A stretch of 55,709 bases of DNA, filler included, from Jimgerdemannia flammicorona (lineage: Eukaryota): the NCBI GenBank assembly GCA_003990765.1. It is 3 parts of 3 records of this genome, joined end to end, with 100 filler letters (N's around TTAATTAATTAA, not from the genome) between each part and the next. Parts side by side here need not be neighbours in the genome. Positions count along the whole stretch, not along the records: positions 1 to 18,504 come from RBNJ01002194.1; positions 18,605 to 37,107 come from RBNJ01002195.1; 1 more part is not named here. One strand, written 5' to 3'. The notes below the pieces were generated by a model, which had not been told where the DNA came from, ran no database searches, and was given only the letters and a program-made list of their open reading frames with translations. The first letter of the stretch is position 1, and the number at the start of each line of letters is the position of its first letter. This document shows positions 12,430 to 25,036 of this stretch, one piece after another. The translations under genes were made by a program, and so were the position numbers.

Positions 12430-15400
12430 TATTGTAAAAGAGAAGCACTTTAGTGAAGTTATATAAGTTATATATTTCATATATTACTGATAAATAATAT
12501 AAATCTGATAGAATGACATAAGTTACATATTAATATATTGAGTTGCCATTTCAACACTCCTACTCAACAAGATATATAACCCAAAAATTATATATAAAAT
12601 CCTATATTTATAGAATTTTGTAGGTTGAAAAGTATTCTATAATACTTGAAATACCTATAAAAATCCACTCATAGATGAGAGATACAGTAAGAATGCAAGT
12701 TGTAGATGTGGATATTGCAAATGTGATAAGGGAGGCTTTTAAGAGCCTGAAAAAAAAAAAAAAAAATCATGATTAACTGCTAGACTAGCATATTGCTCAT
12801 AAGACTCATTCCTTATATGCATAGCTTAAACTTCAGCTTTGGAAAGGCTTTTGTAAGTGAATTGGCAATCATATATATCATGGGGGTATATATATTTCAA
12901 GTAGATAGTATTATTTACTATACATTTATGAATAAAATGATACTGTATATTGATATGTTTTATTCTACTATAATGTACCAGGTTCTTGGCAAGTGTAATT
13001 GTAGACTAGTTATCCTGGCATAGTGTAGTGCTCCATTTTTGAGCAAATCTAAGTTCTTTCAATAGTTTATAGAGCCAAATGACTTCCTTTATTACCAATG
13101 ACAATACTTGATACTCCACTAGTATTGATGATATTGCTATAGATGATTACTTATATGTTTGCTACAATATAACTCTTTTGTTATTTTTGCTAATGTGGAA
13201 GAGATATCCAGTCATAGATTGGTTGTCATTGAGATCACCTGCCTAATTGATATTATTTGGACCAGATAGCCAAATACTATTTTTGTTACTCTCACTATTA
13301 CTATTATCCAATGTAAGTATATAGTATACTATACTCTTAAGGTATCTAAATATTCTCTTAATGGCACTCAAATATAAATTATTATAGCAAGAGGAATACT
13401 GCACCACTTTATTTATAGTATATGATATATTGGGCCTTGTTTCTAGCATAAAATATATAAGAGAACTGACTGCTTGCTGATATAGTATATTTTTGATAGT
13501 GTTTTTAATTAGTATATTGTTGTCATCCTCAGAAATAGTGTCCAGCTTTCTTAACTTCATGAAAATCCATAGGAGTATAAATAGACTTATATTTATTTAT
13601 ATTGAACTATTTGAGTATTTTTTAAATATATATTACTTGTGAGAGATATATGATATACATATTTCTGTTATATATAATAGATATCCCCAAAAGAAAGAAT
13701 ATATCACCCATATCTGTCATCCTGAATTCTTGGTATAGGACTTCTTTAACTCCACTAAGTCTATTCTTACTGGCAATAATAATTATATTGTCAACCCAGA
13801 TACCAATGAAGACTATGCTGCCATCATCATAGTACTGGATATATATGCAATTATCTGCTTTACAGTGAGTGAATCTATCATCAAGGAGATATTTATCAAT
13901 CCTTTTATTTCATAGTTGTACTGCTTGTTTGATGCCATATATCCCTTATATAGTTTACATATAAGCTCCTTTTGCTCATTGTCATATAGTTCATATCCTT
14001 GTAGTTGATAGATATATAGTTTGGTATCTATATCACTATTTAGGAATACTGTCTTAATATCTATTTGATGGATTTCTAAATCATATAGCATGCCAATCAC
14101 AAAGATTATTCTAAGTAAAGTAAGCTTAAATATTAGTAAAAATATCTACACTATAATTCTTTAAATAATTCTTAGCAATAAAAAGAGCTTTATATCACTC
14201 TATACTTCTATTACTCTTATGCTTAATTTTATAGACCCACTTGGATCTAATTATTTGGTAATTTAGCAGAAGGGGTATGAGATCTCATGTATCATTCTTG
14301 ATAAGTGAATCATATTTCTCATCTATCACATGTTCTTATTTATTGCTTTTCAGAGATTATATGACTTTATCATATGTATTTGGCTCATCAGATATTACTA
14401 TATATATACATTTATATACTTCAGCATAGCTTACATAGTTTTGTTATTACTGCTACCTAGGGTTCACTAGCATACTTATCCCAATAACTTCCTAATTCAG
14501 AATGAGTTTCTCAGTAGATATTAGAATACTTTTGCTTATACTTTATAGAAAATCTCTCATTCTTGATCTCTGTTATTTTTGGTTTATACAACTCTGGCTC
14601 AGGCTTAGGTATATATAGTAATTGAAAATAATTTTGATTTACTACTTAAGAGGTAGATGATGGTTGTTATACTTGTGCTGGCTGAGATGTAGATATATTG
14701 ACTAATACATCTATATGAGATTCTTTATTTTCTTTTTCTCTGAATTATACATCATGCAAAATGATGATATGTTGCTTACATAGATCCCAGAGTCTGTATA
14801 TCTTACTGGTGCTAGAATACTTAAGAAATATGTGTTTCCTGACTTTTGGCTTGAATTTATGCTGATTGATATTACTCTTATTGAGGATATATGCATTGTA
14901 TCTAAATATGCATAGATGTGATATATTGGACTTAGATCCACTCCATAATTCTTCAGGGCTGAGATCATCATCTTCATACTTATTGTTGTTATTACTGGCT
15001 CCTTTGCTTAGTATTTAAGATATGTATCAATTACATATATATGTTTCTATATTGGTAGCTTTGGCCTAATAGGAGTATCTCAAGCCTACTGTATTAATCA
15101 TAATATAAGTCATTTCTATGACTATATGGTTAAATTGCTTGGCCACACCATTTTTCTGAGGTATATAGAGAGCTATTATTTGATATTGTATACTACATTT
15201 TTCAGGAATTACCTAAATATATCATTAATGTATTCATATCTGTTATCTGATCATATAGTGCATATTCTATGTTCTGTTTCATTCTTAGTAATCACTTTGA
15301 ATTTTTTGAATTTCTCTAGTACTTCACTCTTTACTAATATAAAGTATACATATGCTTTATATATATAATTATTGATGAATATAATGAAATACTTCTTCCC

Positions 15401-17526
15401 AGAATATGATGATGTATACATCAGCCTATATAGATCTATATATAAGGTTGAGGATCTCAAATATGCACTTTAACCATTCCTTAAATAGTTGGCAAGATAC
15501 TTTATTTTCTATACATATCTTGTAAAAGTCTTCCTTCAAGTATATATGTGATAGTAGTCCATTTACCAAGCTGTTTCAGATCATCCTTCTGAGGCTTGAT
15601 TTGCCAATATGTCCTAAGCATTGATACTATATGTTGGATGTATTAGATATAATTATTATATAAGAGGCTTTTATACCATTTGGTATCTTATTGATTGTAT
15701 AAAGATTGCCATATTTTGAGGCTATTATTAGCTCATTGTTATGTGAATTATACAAAATTGCACTCTTTATATATATGTATTTCTTTGTTACTGCAGAATA
15801 TTATTTTTCTGTTTGAAAAGAGGTTCTTGCTGATTTCTGGAGCATATAATATATCTAGAAAGGTGCCAGCAGGTTCTGTAATATTACTATAGAGATATAT
15901 CCTGATATTTCCCCTTTCTTGAGTATAGATGATATTGTTGTCTCCTAATTTGATAAGTATAGAGTATTCAAAAGCCTCATATATAGAGAACTATTCTCTA
16001 TATAGTATCATATATTGCATGGCTCCAGAATCTATTAACTAGACATTGTTATCATCAGCTAAATTTATAGCATATTCACTAGATATATAGCTAGAACTGC
16101 TCACTCTATTGACATTTTCACTACTGGCAGTATTGACATCATTGTCACTTTTTGTTAAGTAAAAAGTATTTTGCTATTAGCTAGAATTCATAGATGACAG
16201 ATTACTGGATTTGATAGATTTAGTGATGGAACTGCTTGTATATATATAGATCTCATACTACAGACCTAGTAATAAAATATAGTCATCTACATATATTGCT
16301 TGTGTGAAGAACATACCACTGCTTTCATCAGTTTCAGCAGTATTAGTATTGTCACATTTCTCTTTGCTATGATAACTCTTTTTACTGCCTCTATATTGCC
16401 AATACTGGCTTCCATACTTATTTTCACTACTCTCCTTATTATTCTCCCAATGATAACAGTTGTACTTTCTATATCTATATTTGCTACAGTATTTACAGTA
16501 ACTATCATATTTGGTAGATTAACTGGACAGATTATTATTACATTATTGAGCTTGGGTTTGGATTCATTGATCTTATTGTCCATATTTTTGACATTATTTG
16601 ACACTATGTCCATACAATCTATAGAATGCATTTTTGTCATTGTCAGTGGTACTATTACCTTGATGCATTTCCTCATTTATAAGACTCATTATGATATGGA
16701 TATAATCTATGAGTTTGTTACTTTCCCATATAGCCACTACTATAATATGATATATTTTGGAGAGACTTCTTATAAGAGCCAAGACCTTGTCTTTATCACT
16801 TATATATTATACTGATATACTTAGTGAATTCATCTGATTCACCAGATCATCAACATAACTGACATATTTATGGATGATCTCCTTTGGCTTCATTTATAGA
16901 TTAAATAGCTGAGATTTCAGATAGAATCAATTCAATATAGATATTTGTATATAATTATTATATAGAGTCTCCCATACCTTGTGAGTAGTTGCTGCATGTA
17001 TTATAAGCTTCATTTGGGAGTTAGATAGTGTGAATGTGATCTCACATAATACTTAACAGTTATTTATATCATTGTAATCTTGAATCAGTACTTGTGGTTT
17101 TATATACTCTGCCAAGCTATATTCATTAAGAATATTCATCATATGGAATGCTCAGATCATATTATTTCCTGTTAAAGGTTGGGATAGACTTCTTAGCTGT
17201 GTTTACACTTACAACTAGAACTGTATTTTACATATCTGTTGCAGTTGTTATTGTGGTTACACCTGTAGGAATACTTGTAATTGGCATATATATTTCCAAA
17301 CTTACATTACTAGGCTGTACATCAGATATTTCTAGTATAGTATATTTAAAAAGGTGTATTTATCTATTGCTGCTTAATACTAGCAAGACTCATAATCTTT
17401 ATTATAAAAGAGAGGTACTTTATTAAAGTTATACAGGTTATATATTTTATATATTACTGATAAATAATATAAATCTAATTGAATAGTATAAATTATATAT
17501 TGATATATTGAGTTGCCATCTTAACA
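12430..17526 (-). mobile_element. Complete but heavily mutated Ty1/Copia LTR retrotransposon
   Basis: ~127-bp LTRs at 12430-12556 and 17400-17526. 5-bp TSD GTATA at 12425-12429 and 17527-17531. PPT next to 12557 and degenerate GGTTATGAGCCC-type PBS next to 17399. Integrase then RT (HQIDIKTVFLN, YQQAVSSLIY...TRPNISY) then RNase H. Confidence 0.92.
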
Positions 17527-17545
17527 GTATAGCCTAATAATATAT

Positions 17546-18504
17546 TGTAACGTGCCGGCTCAATGGAGGCAAATTACAAGGTTGGGGGTTGATGTAGTTT
17601 GGCTTGAGCCCCCAGTTACTTTGTTAAAAGCAACAAAATGTTCTTGGTGTTTAGCAGTATAATAGTCAAGATCTGGATACTGTGCGAGCGGTTTCCTTTT
17701 TGGGACGGTTCTCTGGGTGTAGCGGCGATTTGTGTGTGAATGGACTTCCTTCTTGGGTCAACTGGGAATGGCACAATTTCTGTGTAGCGCGACGATCTCC
17801 TTGTGCGTGACGGTCTGGCAATTTAACGGTTCTCCTTCTTGGGTGGCGGGCGATCTTCGTGTAGCGCGGCGATCTTTGTGTAGCGCGACGGGTTTCCAAA
17901 AGTATGCGATTTCTGGCGGGTGACTCGATTTGGCTCACTGAGAATATATGGCGCGGATTCTTCCTAGGCTCACTGGGAATAACGGATGACTCGGAAGGCG
18001 CGAATCGGGCTCTTCTGGGAATGCGGATAACTTGGAAATGGCGGATGACGCGGATTCTTCCGAATCGGCGGACTTCTTGAGAACGGCGGCTTTAACTGGG
18101 AATACGGCGGATAACTCGGATAACTCGGGTGGCGCGGATTCTTCCTGAATCGGCTTCAACTGGGAATACTACTCGGATTCTTGGCAAGTTACGTCAGAGA
18201 CTGGCTTCGTTTGCGCGGGGTTACGTCGTAGACTGGCTCCACTGCGAAGTTACGTCAGAAAGACTGGCTTGTGGCAAGAAAGGCGGCGGAAATCTTCAGG
18301 CTTATCTGGCAAGCGAACCAATAACAATAATTCCAAAGGCGGCGAAGTTCTTCCTTGAACTTAGGCGGCAAACTCGAATTCTTCAGGCTTATCTGGCAAG
18401 CGTACCAAAAACGAACTCGTTCTTTGTATCGGAAAGTGGACCGGAGTGGAAAGGGGAAATAAGCTCACAATCTCCTAACAGTGGCTGTAGAGTTCCTCTC
18501 GAAG
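17546..18504. mobile_element. Probable LTR/terminal region of a younger LTR retrotransposon, cut by the gap
   Basis: Abrupt switch to CpG-rich sequence starting TGTAAC. Internal direct repeats (cttcaggcttatctggcaagcg at 18294 and 18381; gtgtagcgcgacg). No recognisable protein. Confidence 0.4.
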
Positions 18505-18604
18505 NNNNNNNNNNNNNNNNNNNNNNNNNNNNNNNNNNNNNNNNNNNNTTAATTAATTAANNNNNNNNNNNNNNNNNNNNNNNNNNNNNNNNNNNNNNNN
18601 NNNN
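18505..18604. other. Assembly gap linker
   Basis: N44-TTAATTAATTAA-N44. Confidence 0.98.
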
Positions 18605-19773
18605 TTCTCCGCTACCTTACTGGTCACAAGGTTTGGTAGGCGACCTTCCGAGTCTCCTTTCCCCTAATATTACCCCCTCTACCTCGGGTTGGTTTGCTGT
18701 GCCTGTAGGGGCATGGTGGGAGGAGGGCAATAGTGATGAGTTGCCCCTTTATCGGTGTCGGATCGGTGCTTCCTCCACTTTTTCGCGGATTCTGGTGCCT
18801 TCAGCTACATCTGGGGTATACCCATTTTGGTGCGGCACCTTCTTCCTTTTGCCGTCGCCAACAAGGAGTTGTCTCGGTGTGTCTCGGGCTACGTAGAGAG
18901 TTGGCCAACCTTGGGCATCAAGTGCTCAGTGTAGGTTACCTGCAGGTCCTCGGTGCCTGTGGTGGGGCCCTCTGTCTTTGGCGAGCTTCCCGGCGAGCGC
19001 AGTTCTGGCGTAGGTGACTGCTTTTCGGGTGATGTCGGGATGGAAGGGGAGATGGCCGTCACAGATAGGCGGAAGGGCGATTACGGTGAACCAGTAGGGT
19101 GCCAGGCTGGGGGCGGTCGTCAGGGCTGGGGCAGGTGCTGCTTCGGTGGGGCCTTTTGATTGGTGCGGCGCGGTTAGGTGGTAGGTGTCACTCTCGGCTT
19201 CTTTTGGCAGGTAGCGGGGTGAGGCCCCAGTCGTCAGGGGGGGTCAGGGGGCCCGAGGCTACCCATTTCAGGCGTCTTGGCTGCACTCAACTGGAACCGG
19301 GAGCTGACATGGCAACGTGATCGAGGCCCACAGGCTTGAGTAGTGGGGTATTGGGGGTTTCCTCCCACCTCACGTGTAAGTCCTTTACTCACCTCGACTG
19401 GGAGAACCAGGCCCTACCCACCATGTTGTGCTTTGATGCAGGTTTTTTCTTTGCCTGTCATTCTCTTTGGGGTGGCAGGGGCTATTCTATTTGGCTCGGG
19501 CGTGGCCTTGTACATACATTGGGTTCTCAGGTATGCGCTTTCGGTTGTTGGCATATGGTTGGGTTTCTCCTGGTGGTAGAGAGAGCATGGTGTACAGAAT
19601 GAGGTGCGGGCTTATCAGTCCTGCTGTGCCTGGCATGGTCGAGCTGCTGGACAATAGCTAGCCTAGGTTAATGGGGGGGCAGTGCTTGGTGGGTGGTGGG
19701 GGAGGGTTTTGGCCTATATAGTCTAGGTTCCCTTCCAATAAAAATCTGCGGGACATGAGTCCGTAAACAAAAA
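18605..19773 (+). mobile_element. ~1.2-kb non-autonomous poly(A) retroposon, copy 1 (CpG-rich; 5' end in gap)
   Basis: Aligns over its full length with 27168-28352 and, inverted, with 19868-21104. Ends AATAAA...gggacatgagtcc...A-tail. Confidence 0.85.
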
Positions 19774-19867
19774 GTAGAATGATGAAAACTATTGACCTCC
19801 TCAGTTTTATAAGCTAGACAGTTTGATAGATTTATCTTATACTTTTATTTAAATATATTATAAAGAT

Positions 19868-21104
19868 TTTTTTTTTTTTTGTTTAATAGACTCAGAGTCC
19901 TCTAGATTTTTATTAGAAGAGAATCTAGACTATATAGGCCAAAACCCTCCCCCACTACCCATCAAGCACTACCTCTCCATTAACCTAGACTAGCTAATGT
20001 TTAGTAGCTCAACTATATCAGATATAATAGGGCCTATGTTGGCCTGTACCTCATTCTATATATTATATTCTCTCTACCATCAGAGAGAACTCAGCTATAT
20101 GCCAATGACCAAAAGTGTATGCTTAAGACCCCAATATTTATACAAGGCTATACCCAAGCCAAATAGAATAGCCCCTACCATCTTAAAGAGAATGACAGGC
20201 AAAGAAAAAACTCTCATCAAAGTATATTATGGTGGGTAGGGCCTGATTCTTCCAGATGAGGTGAGTAGAGAACTTATACATAAGGTGGAAGGAGACCCCC
20301 AATACTCTACTACTCAAGCCTGTGGACCTCAATCATGTTACTATGTCAGCTCTTAGTTCCAGTTAAGTACAGCTAAGATATTTCTGTGGGACATGAGTCC
20401 ATTAAAACAAAAAAAAAAAACAGCTAAGATATCTGAAATGGGTAGCCTGGGCCCCCTGACCTCCCCAATGACTGGGGCCCAATCTGCCAAATTATCAAAA
20501 GAAGCCAAGAGTGATACCTACTACCAAACTACTCTATACCAATTAAAAGGCCTCACTGAAGCAGTACCTGCCCCAGCCCCAATAACTGTTCCCAGCCTGA
20601 TACCCTACTGGTTCACCATAATCACTTTTCCTTCTATCTGTGATGGCCATCTCCTCTCCCATCCTGACAATACCTGAAAAGCAGTTATCTATACTAGAAC
20701 TATACTCACTGGGAAGCTCACTAAAGCCAGAGGGCCCTACCACAGGCACTGAGGATCTGCAGATAATCTTACTAGGCACTTGATGCCTAAGATTGACTGA
20801 TTCTCTATATAACTCATAATGTATTGAGACAATACCTTATTGGTGATGGCAAAAGGAAGAAGATGCTGCACCAAAATAGATATATCCCAGATATAGCTGA
20901 AGATATCAGAATTTGCAAAAAAGTAGAAAAGACACTGATTCATAACTGATAAAGAGATAACTCATCACCATTGCCCTCCTCCCACTATATCTATGTAGAT
21001 ACAGCAAACCAACCTGAGGTAGAGGGGATAATAATAGGGAAAAGGGAACTCAGAAGATTGCCTACCAAACCTTATAACCAGTAAGGTAGCAGAGAAAGAA
21101 GCTG
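19868..21104 (-). mobile_element. ~1.2-kb retroposon, copy 2 (most mutated)
   Basis: Poly(T) at 19867-19880. 13-bp TSD atatt(a/g)taaagat at 19855-19867 and 21105-21117. Confidence 0.85.
20382..20419 (+). mobile_element. 38-bp 5'-truncated copy of the same retroposon nested in copy 2
   Basis: ttctgtgggacatgagtccattaaaac(A)n flanked by TSD acagctaagatat at 20369-20381 and 20420-20432. Confidence 0.85.
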
Positions 21105-21122
21105 ATATTGTAAAGATATATA

Positions 21123-21383
21123 TAATACTCTCAAATGAATTAAATCAATTTAAATCAAATCAAATTGGGGTTTTTTCAATTTGAATAAAGTTCAAATTTG
21201 AATCAAATTGAGGATCTGATTCAAATTCTATTTTTTAAAATATAATAACTTGATAAAAACATATCTAAATTTAACAAGCTAAAGTTGGTTAAATTTAGAC
21301 ATATTTTCATTAAAAAATAGAGTTTGAATTAAATCTCAAATTGAATTAAATTAAACCTTTGCTTTGATTTATTAAGAACACTA
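21123..21383. mobile_element. Fold-back MITE-like element
   Basis: Nested inverted repeats 21264-21275/21288-21299 and 21219-21238/21310-21329. Right end ...aacacta (TAGTGTT on the minus strand, hAT-like). Confidence 0.55.
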
Positions 21384-22129
21384 GATATATATAAAAAGGA
21401 GTTGGTATAATAAGCTACAAAATAAAGATCAGTGATATATATTTTATATAATATATATCAATAATTATTTCTATTAACAGATTTTTATTTGGCAAAGATC
21501 TATATCTGATCAAAGAAATACTTACTATCTTTGTAGTACTATTATAGTTAGGTAAATAATCCAGGAGTTAACATAATAATAGTTAGTTATTTAAGTCATA
21601 TTGCTACTCTTTTATCATCTCTACCTCATCTATACAACTATTCTACATTACCTTATTAGTGCCAAGTGCAAGCATAATCTTGGCCATGAGTTTATCTGGC
21701 AGATGACTCATTGTGTGGTTTGAGGCCCATCTATACCTGTATGTCTTTTTGTACTGATTATGGGTGGTCCTCTCTCAAGAGAGTGTATTATATATATATG
21801 AATAATTTTAAAATTGCTCTAATATTTAGCATTACAACCCCTATACATATTAATAAAAAAATGATTGACAATCAGAGTTTTCATAATTTTCGAGGGAGCA
21901 GGTATATAACTGGGACTTGGTTAGTGTGTTATTTTTTGCGTTTCTCATTTAGATGTAATATTGACTAGTGACAAAATTCATGCGGTGGTCGAGGTTGGTC
22001 CAATTTCAATTTATGGCGCCAATGACGATGACGTAAATGTATTAGCCAACAACAAAAAAAATATATAGCCACCAAACGCGTCAATGAACCGAAAACGTTT
22101 ACTATTCCTTTCCACTCCTACTCCCCCTT

Positions 22130-22440
22130 ATTTTTTACCAGGCTACGCGTCCCACTACCACTTGGTAGCGTGTGCGTGTACTCTGCCGTGCACCTAACCT
22201 CCTACGGCGTGGGAGGGACAGAGGCGGGGTGGGCAGAGCTATGGCTTGGAGGAGATACCAAGCTTGGTGCATAGCCTGGTTCGTCGGATGCACGGCATTC
22301 CCATTCGCCCCACGACAGGCAGCTGTCCCACTCCTGGGAAAGCAGTTTGCCTTAACCCCCAGCAGGGGGGGACAAGTCGTGGATCAGGTGGGTGGTAGGT
22401 ACTCCAGCCCCATGACCCCTATCGAAGGCTTGGGAGCTTG
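22130..22440 (-). ncRNA. Highly base-paired, pseudoknotted GC-rich RNA-like element (possibly a retroelement 5' UTR)
   Basis: Helices 22137-22148/22269-22280 and 22184-22192/22289-22297 cross each other. Additional hairpins at 22198-22216, 22244-22263 and 22310-22382. Strand is tentative. Confidence 0.4.
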
Positions 22441-22810
22441 ACCGGTTTGGGGATTCCCCTGTTTGTGTCGCCTCCGAATGAGGAGTGTTACCTTGCGGTC
22501 TTCGCCCTTCTTCCCCCATCGTTAGCTAGCAACGGTCGTTCGTAAGAACGATCTCGCACATTCTCAACCTTTTTCCGTCCTTACTTGTATTCTAGGCGGT
22601 CGGGTTTTGCCCTCCGTTACCACACTTGGTGTGGCTTTTGGCGGTTGCCGTCAGGCAGTCGTTGGTCTGTTCACATTACTTATCATTATTCACATCTGCA
22701 AACGTAGCCACCAGGACTGCCCGTCCATGCAAAAGCTAAGTACTCATATTATTGCTTCGCACTTACAATCGTTTGTTCGCAACAAATATATATTTGGCCG
22801 ATATGAAAAT

Positions 22811-22879
22811 GCCATATCGGTCTTGGCAACTCTAGAAGCCAACTGACGAGCCCCTTGAGTAAGGGCGAAACCGATTGGC
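22811..22879 (+). ncRNA. Type III hammerhead ribozyme
   Basis: Stem III atcgg/ccgat, GUC cleavage triplet (cut after 22822), stem I ttggc/gccaa, CUGACGA core at 22843-22849, stem II gccc/gggc and GAAA at 22867-22870. All core nucleotides are intact. Confidence 0.9.
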
Positions 22880-24918
22880 TACGAAATAATTACGTAAAAT
22901 ACGCGTGAAATGTTAACAGCCATGAGCCTTCATTCCCACGCTCGCGACATACACTCTGCTACTGCAAGGACCTACTGCAAGGACGAAAACCCCCACCCTC
23001 ACCGAGATTGTATGCCGAGGTCTCCCTTCTTTGAACGCACTCCACAGTACTCCGTACGGGTCGGGTCAGCCGTGGGTACCCGACGACATTCTGGCCTCCA
23101 CCAAGATTCGTACTGCCAAGTTTCTGGTCGTGGATCCGACATGGCTTCGTGAGCTAGGTGGATCTTCGTTAGTCCATTCGGTTGGGGTTTTCGTGTTAGA
23201 GTCTTCGTTAGCTTTCCAAGTTGAATCTTCTTCCGGGTAAGTAACCTAACCTAACCTCGATTTTCTGACTATTACAGATCAAATTCGGGTTAACGCTAAA
23301 CGAGATGCCACCCGACTCATGCGGGGCACTACTCAACAGCCACTCCATACATCCTGCTGCAAAACAGTCGCTTTTTGAGTACTCCTTAGAATCTTGTCTA
23401 TGTTAGTTATTTGGTGTCATTCGGAAAAAACAGTTCCCGAGATAGAGTTTCAACTACTTCCTATTCTAACAACGTCTCACTCCGCTTCTCGAAGATGGAT
23501 GACCCAGTGACAAACTATACACACCATCGAAGAAGAAATTAACCTCCACGGAACATTTATTGCTTTTCTCCTCACCAGGGCCAACCCTTGAAGACTTGCA
23601 ACAGTGCCAATTTTCAATTGTCCTCTACATTCGCGTCCGCCCTTACGCAACATTCCTGCATCCCCCGAGATTGTCATGTATTCCAATATTTGCCTGTCTT
23701 TTCAATGTTTTCGAGAACTACTATTAGTGTATGGATTTGTGAAAATATGGGGATCACGGAGCTACATGGTATAAATGACGTATAAATACCTTCACAAAGG
23801 GGATGTAAACCGTTTCTCATAATTGCTTTAGTCAATATTACAATTCATCCATCGTATTATTATCTATCATATCACATTTCCGGGTTGCTTGTGAAAGGTG
23901 TAGCGACTTTTTTGCTTACATTCGAATAATTATGGTTTTCCTGTGCGTACGGGGACTGCTACATGATTCGATCGCACTATTGATGAGGGTCGAGAGGGCG
24001 ACTGGGTTCAAGATACCACATTTGCTTGTGAACTGGATCTTTCCCTGAGACGGGGAATTACGAATTTGGCGGCTTTCCTTTTGGTGGCATTGGAGGGCAT
24101 GGGTCCTTGACATTTTGGAGACAGGAGCCGTATGCGTCAAATACCGTGGTGATGTGGTTTGTCAATGACGATTACTCAACCGGTCTGGCTTCAACCTTAT
24201 CCGCGCCATAAGAATTGTGGACAGAAGCTCTTCAATACGTCGAAATGGACTAAAATTCGCCAATGAAACAGAGCATGTTTTAATGACATGAGACAGTTGA
24301 TAAACGAAACTTTCAGGTAATATCTAGCGTTACGGCATATATAATATATATATACATTTTTCTACAAAATCCTTTCAAACCCGAATAGCCAATTTTCATT
24401 CTCCTTTCATTAAGAAAATTACGGAACAGAATCGAGGGCTATCATCAATGTAAACTTCGAAGGGGAGTACATCGTCGCTGCGTTCAATTCCCAAGCTGCC
24501 AAATGTTGTGCTTCCTGCTTTCACGTTCTGGCCACCGCAATCTGACGCTCTTACCCCAGACCCCGTTTACCGAGCTCCTCCCCGGTGTTCCACATACTTA
24601 GTACCCCAACTCATTCGTTACCCATCGTCGATCATCTATCCACATGAATGGTTCGAATAGCTTTCAGTGTTTCACGTCCGTATCCCTATCCGCCTCCGAG
24701 ACGGAGCCGACAATCTGCGGCATAACAGGGAAGAAGGATGATATAGATTAAAACAGAATTTTCAGGAAAGAGCAGATACGGTCATCGAGAAGGGGAAAGA
24801 AATAAGAATACTGGGTCCCGCACGAAGCTAAAATCCCCACGGTGTACCCTAACCACACACACTCCACGGCGCATCTACGGACACTCACCTCCCGACCCGC
24901 CACACAACTCGGCGATAC

Positions 24919-25036
24919 CTGCTTCGCCCTCCCAGTACGTGACGAGAGTGTTGTCGGTGTCAGGGACGTTGGGTGCCTCCATCAGGCCGATGGCGGTGCC
25001 GTTGCGGTAGCCGACCTCGTGAATTGTCTTGTACAT
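24919..25036 (-). CDS. Possible coding exon of an unidentified gene or gene fragment
   Basis: MYKTIHEVGYRNGTAIGLMEAPNVPDTDNTLVTYWEGEA with GC3-rich codons like the host genes, followed by GT donors. Other exons not resolved. Confidence 0.3.

Noticed and set aside
16300..16815. Hydrophobic 171-aa plus-strand ORF
   Set aside because: Antisense to the AT-drifted Copia gag region; a compositional artefact.
18549..18560. Palindromic TTAATTAATTAA, repeated at 37152-37163
   Set aside because: Centred in identical N-runs: an artificial all-frame-stop scaffold linker.
22190..22360. Telomerase RNA template (cctaacct, ttaaccccc)
   Set aside because: Neither matches a full CUAACCCUAA-type template.
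22290..22440. HDV-like ribozyme suggested by GGCGAAUGGGA on the minus strand
   Set aside because: I could not place P1, P3/L3 and P1.1 with canonical spacing. Kept only as a generic structured element.
22900..24560. Possible degraded gene or TnpB/Fanzor fragment (intron-like 23237-23277; CxxC near 24500)
   Set aside because: No continuous frame or RuvC motifs could be assembled.
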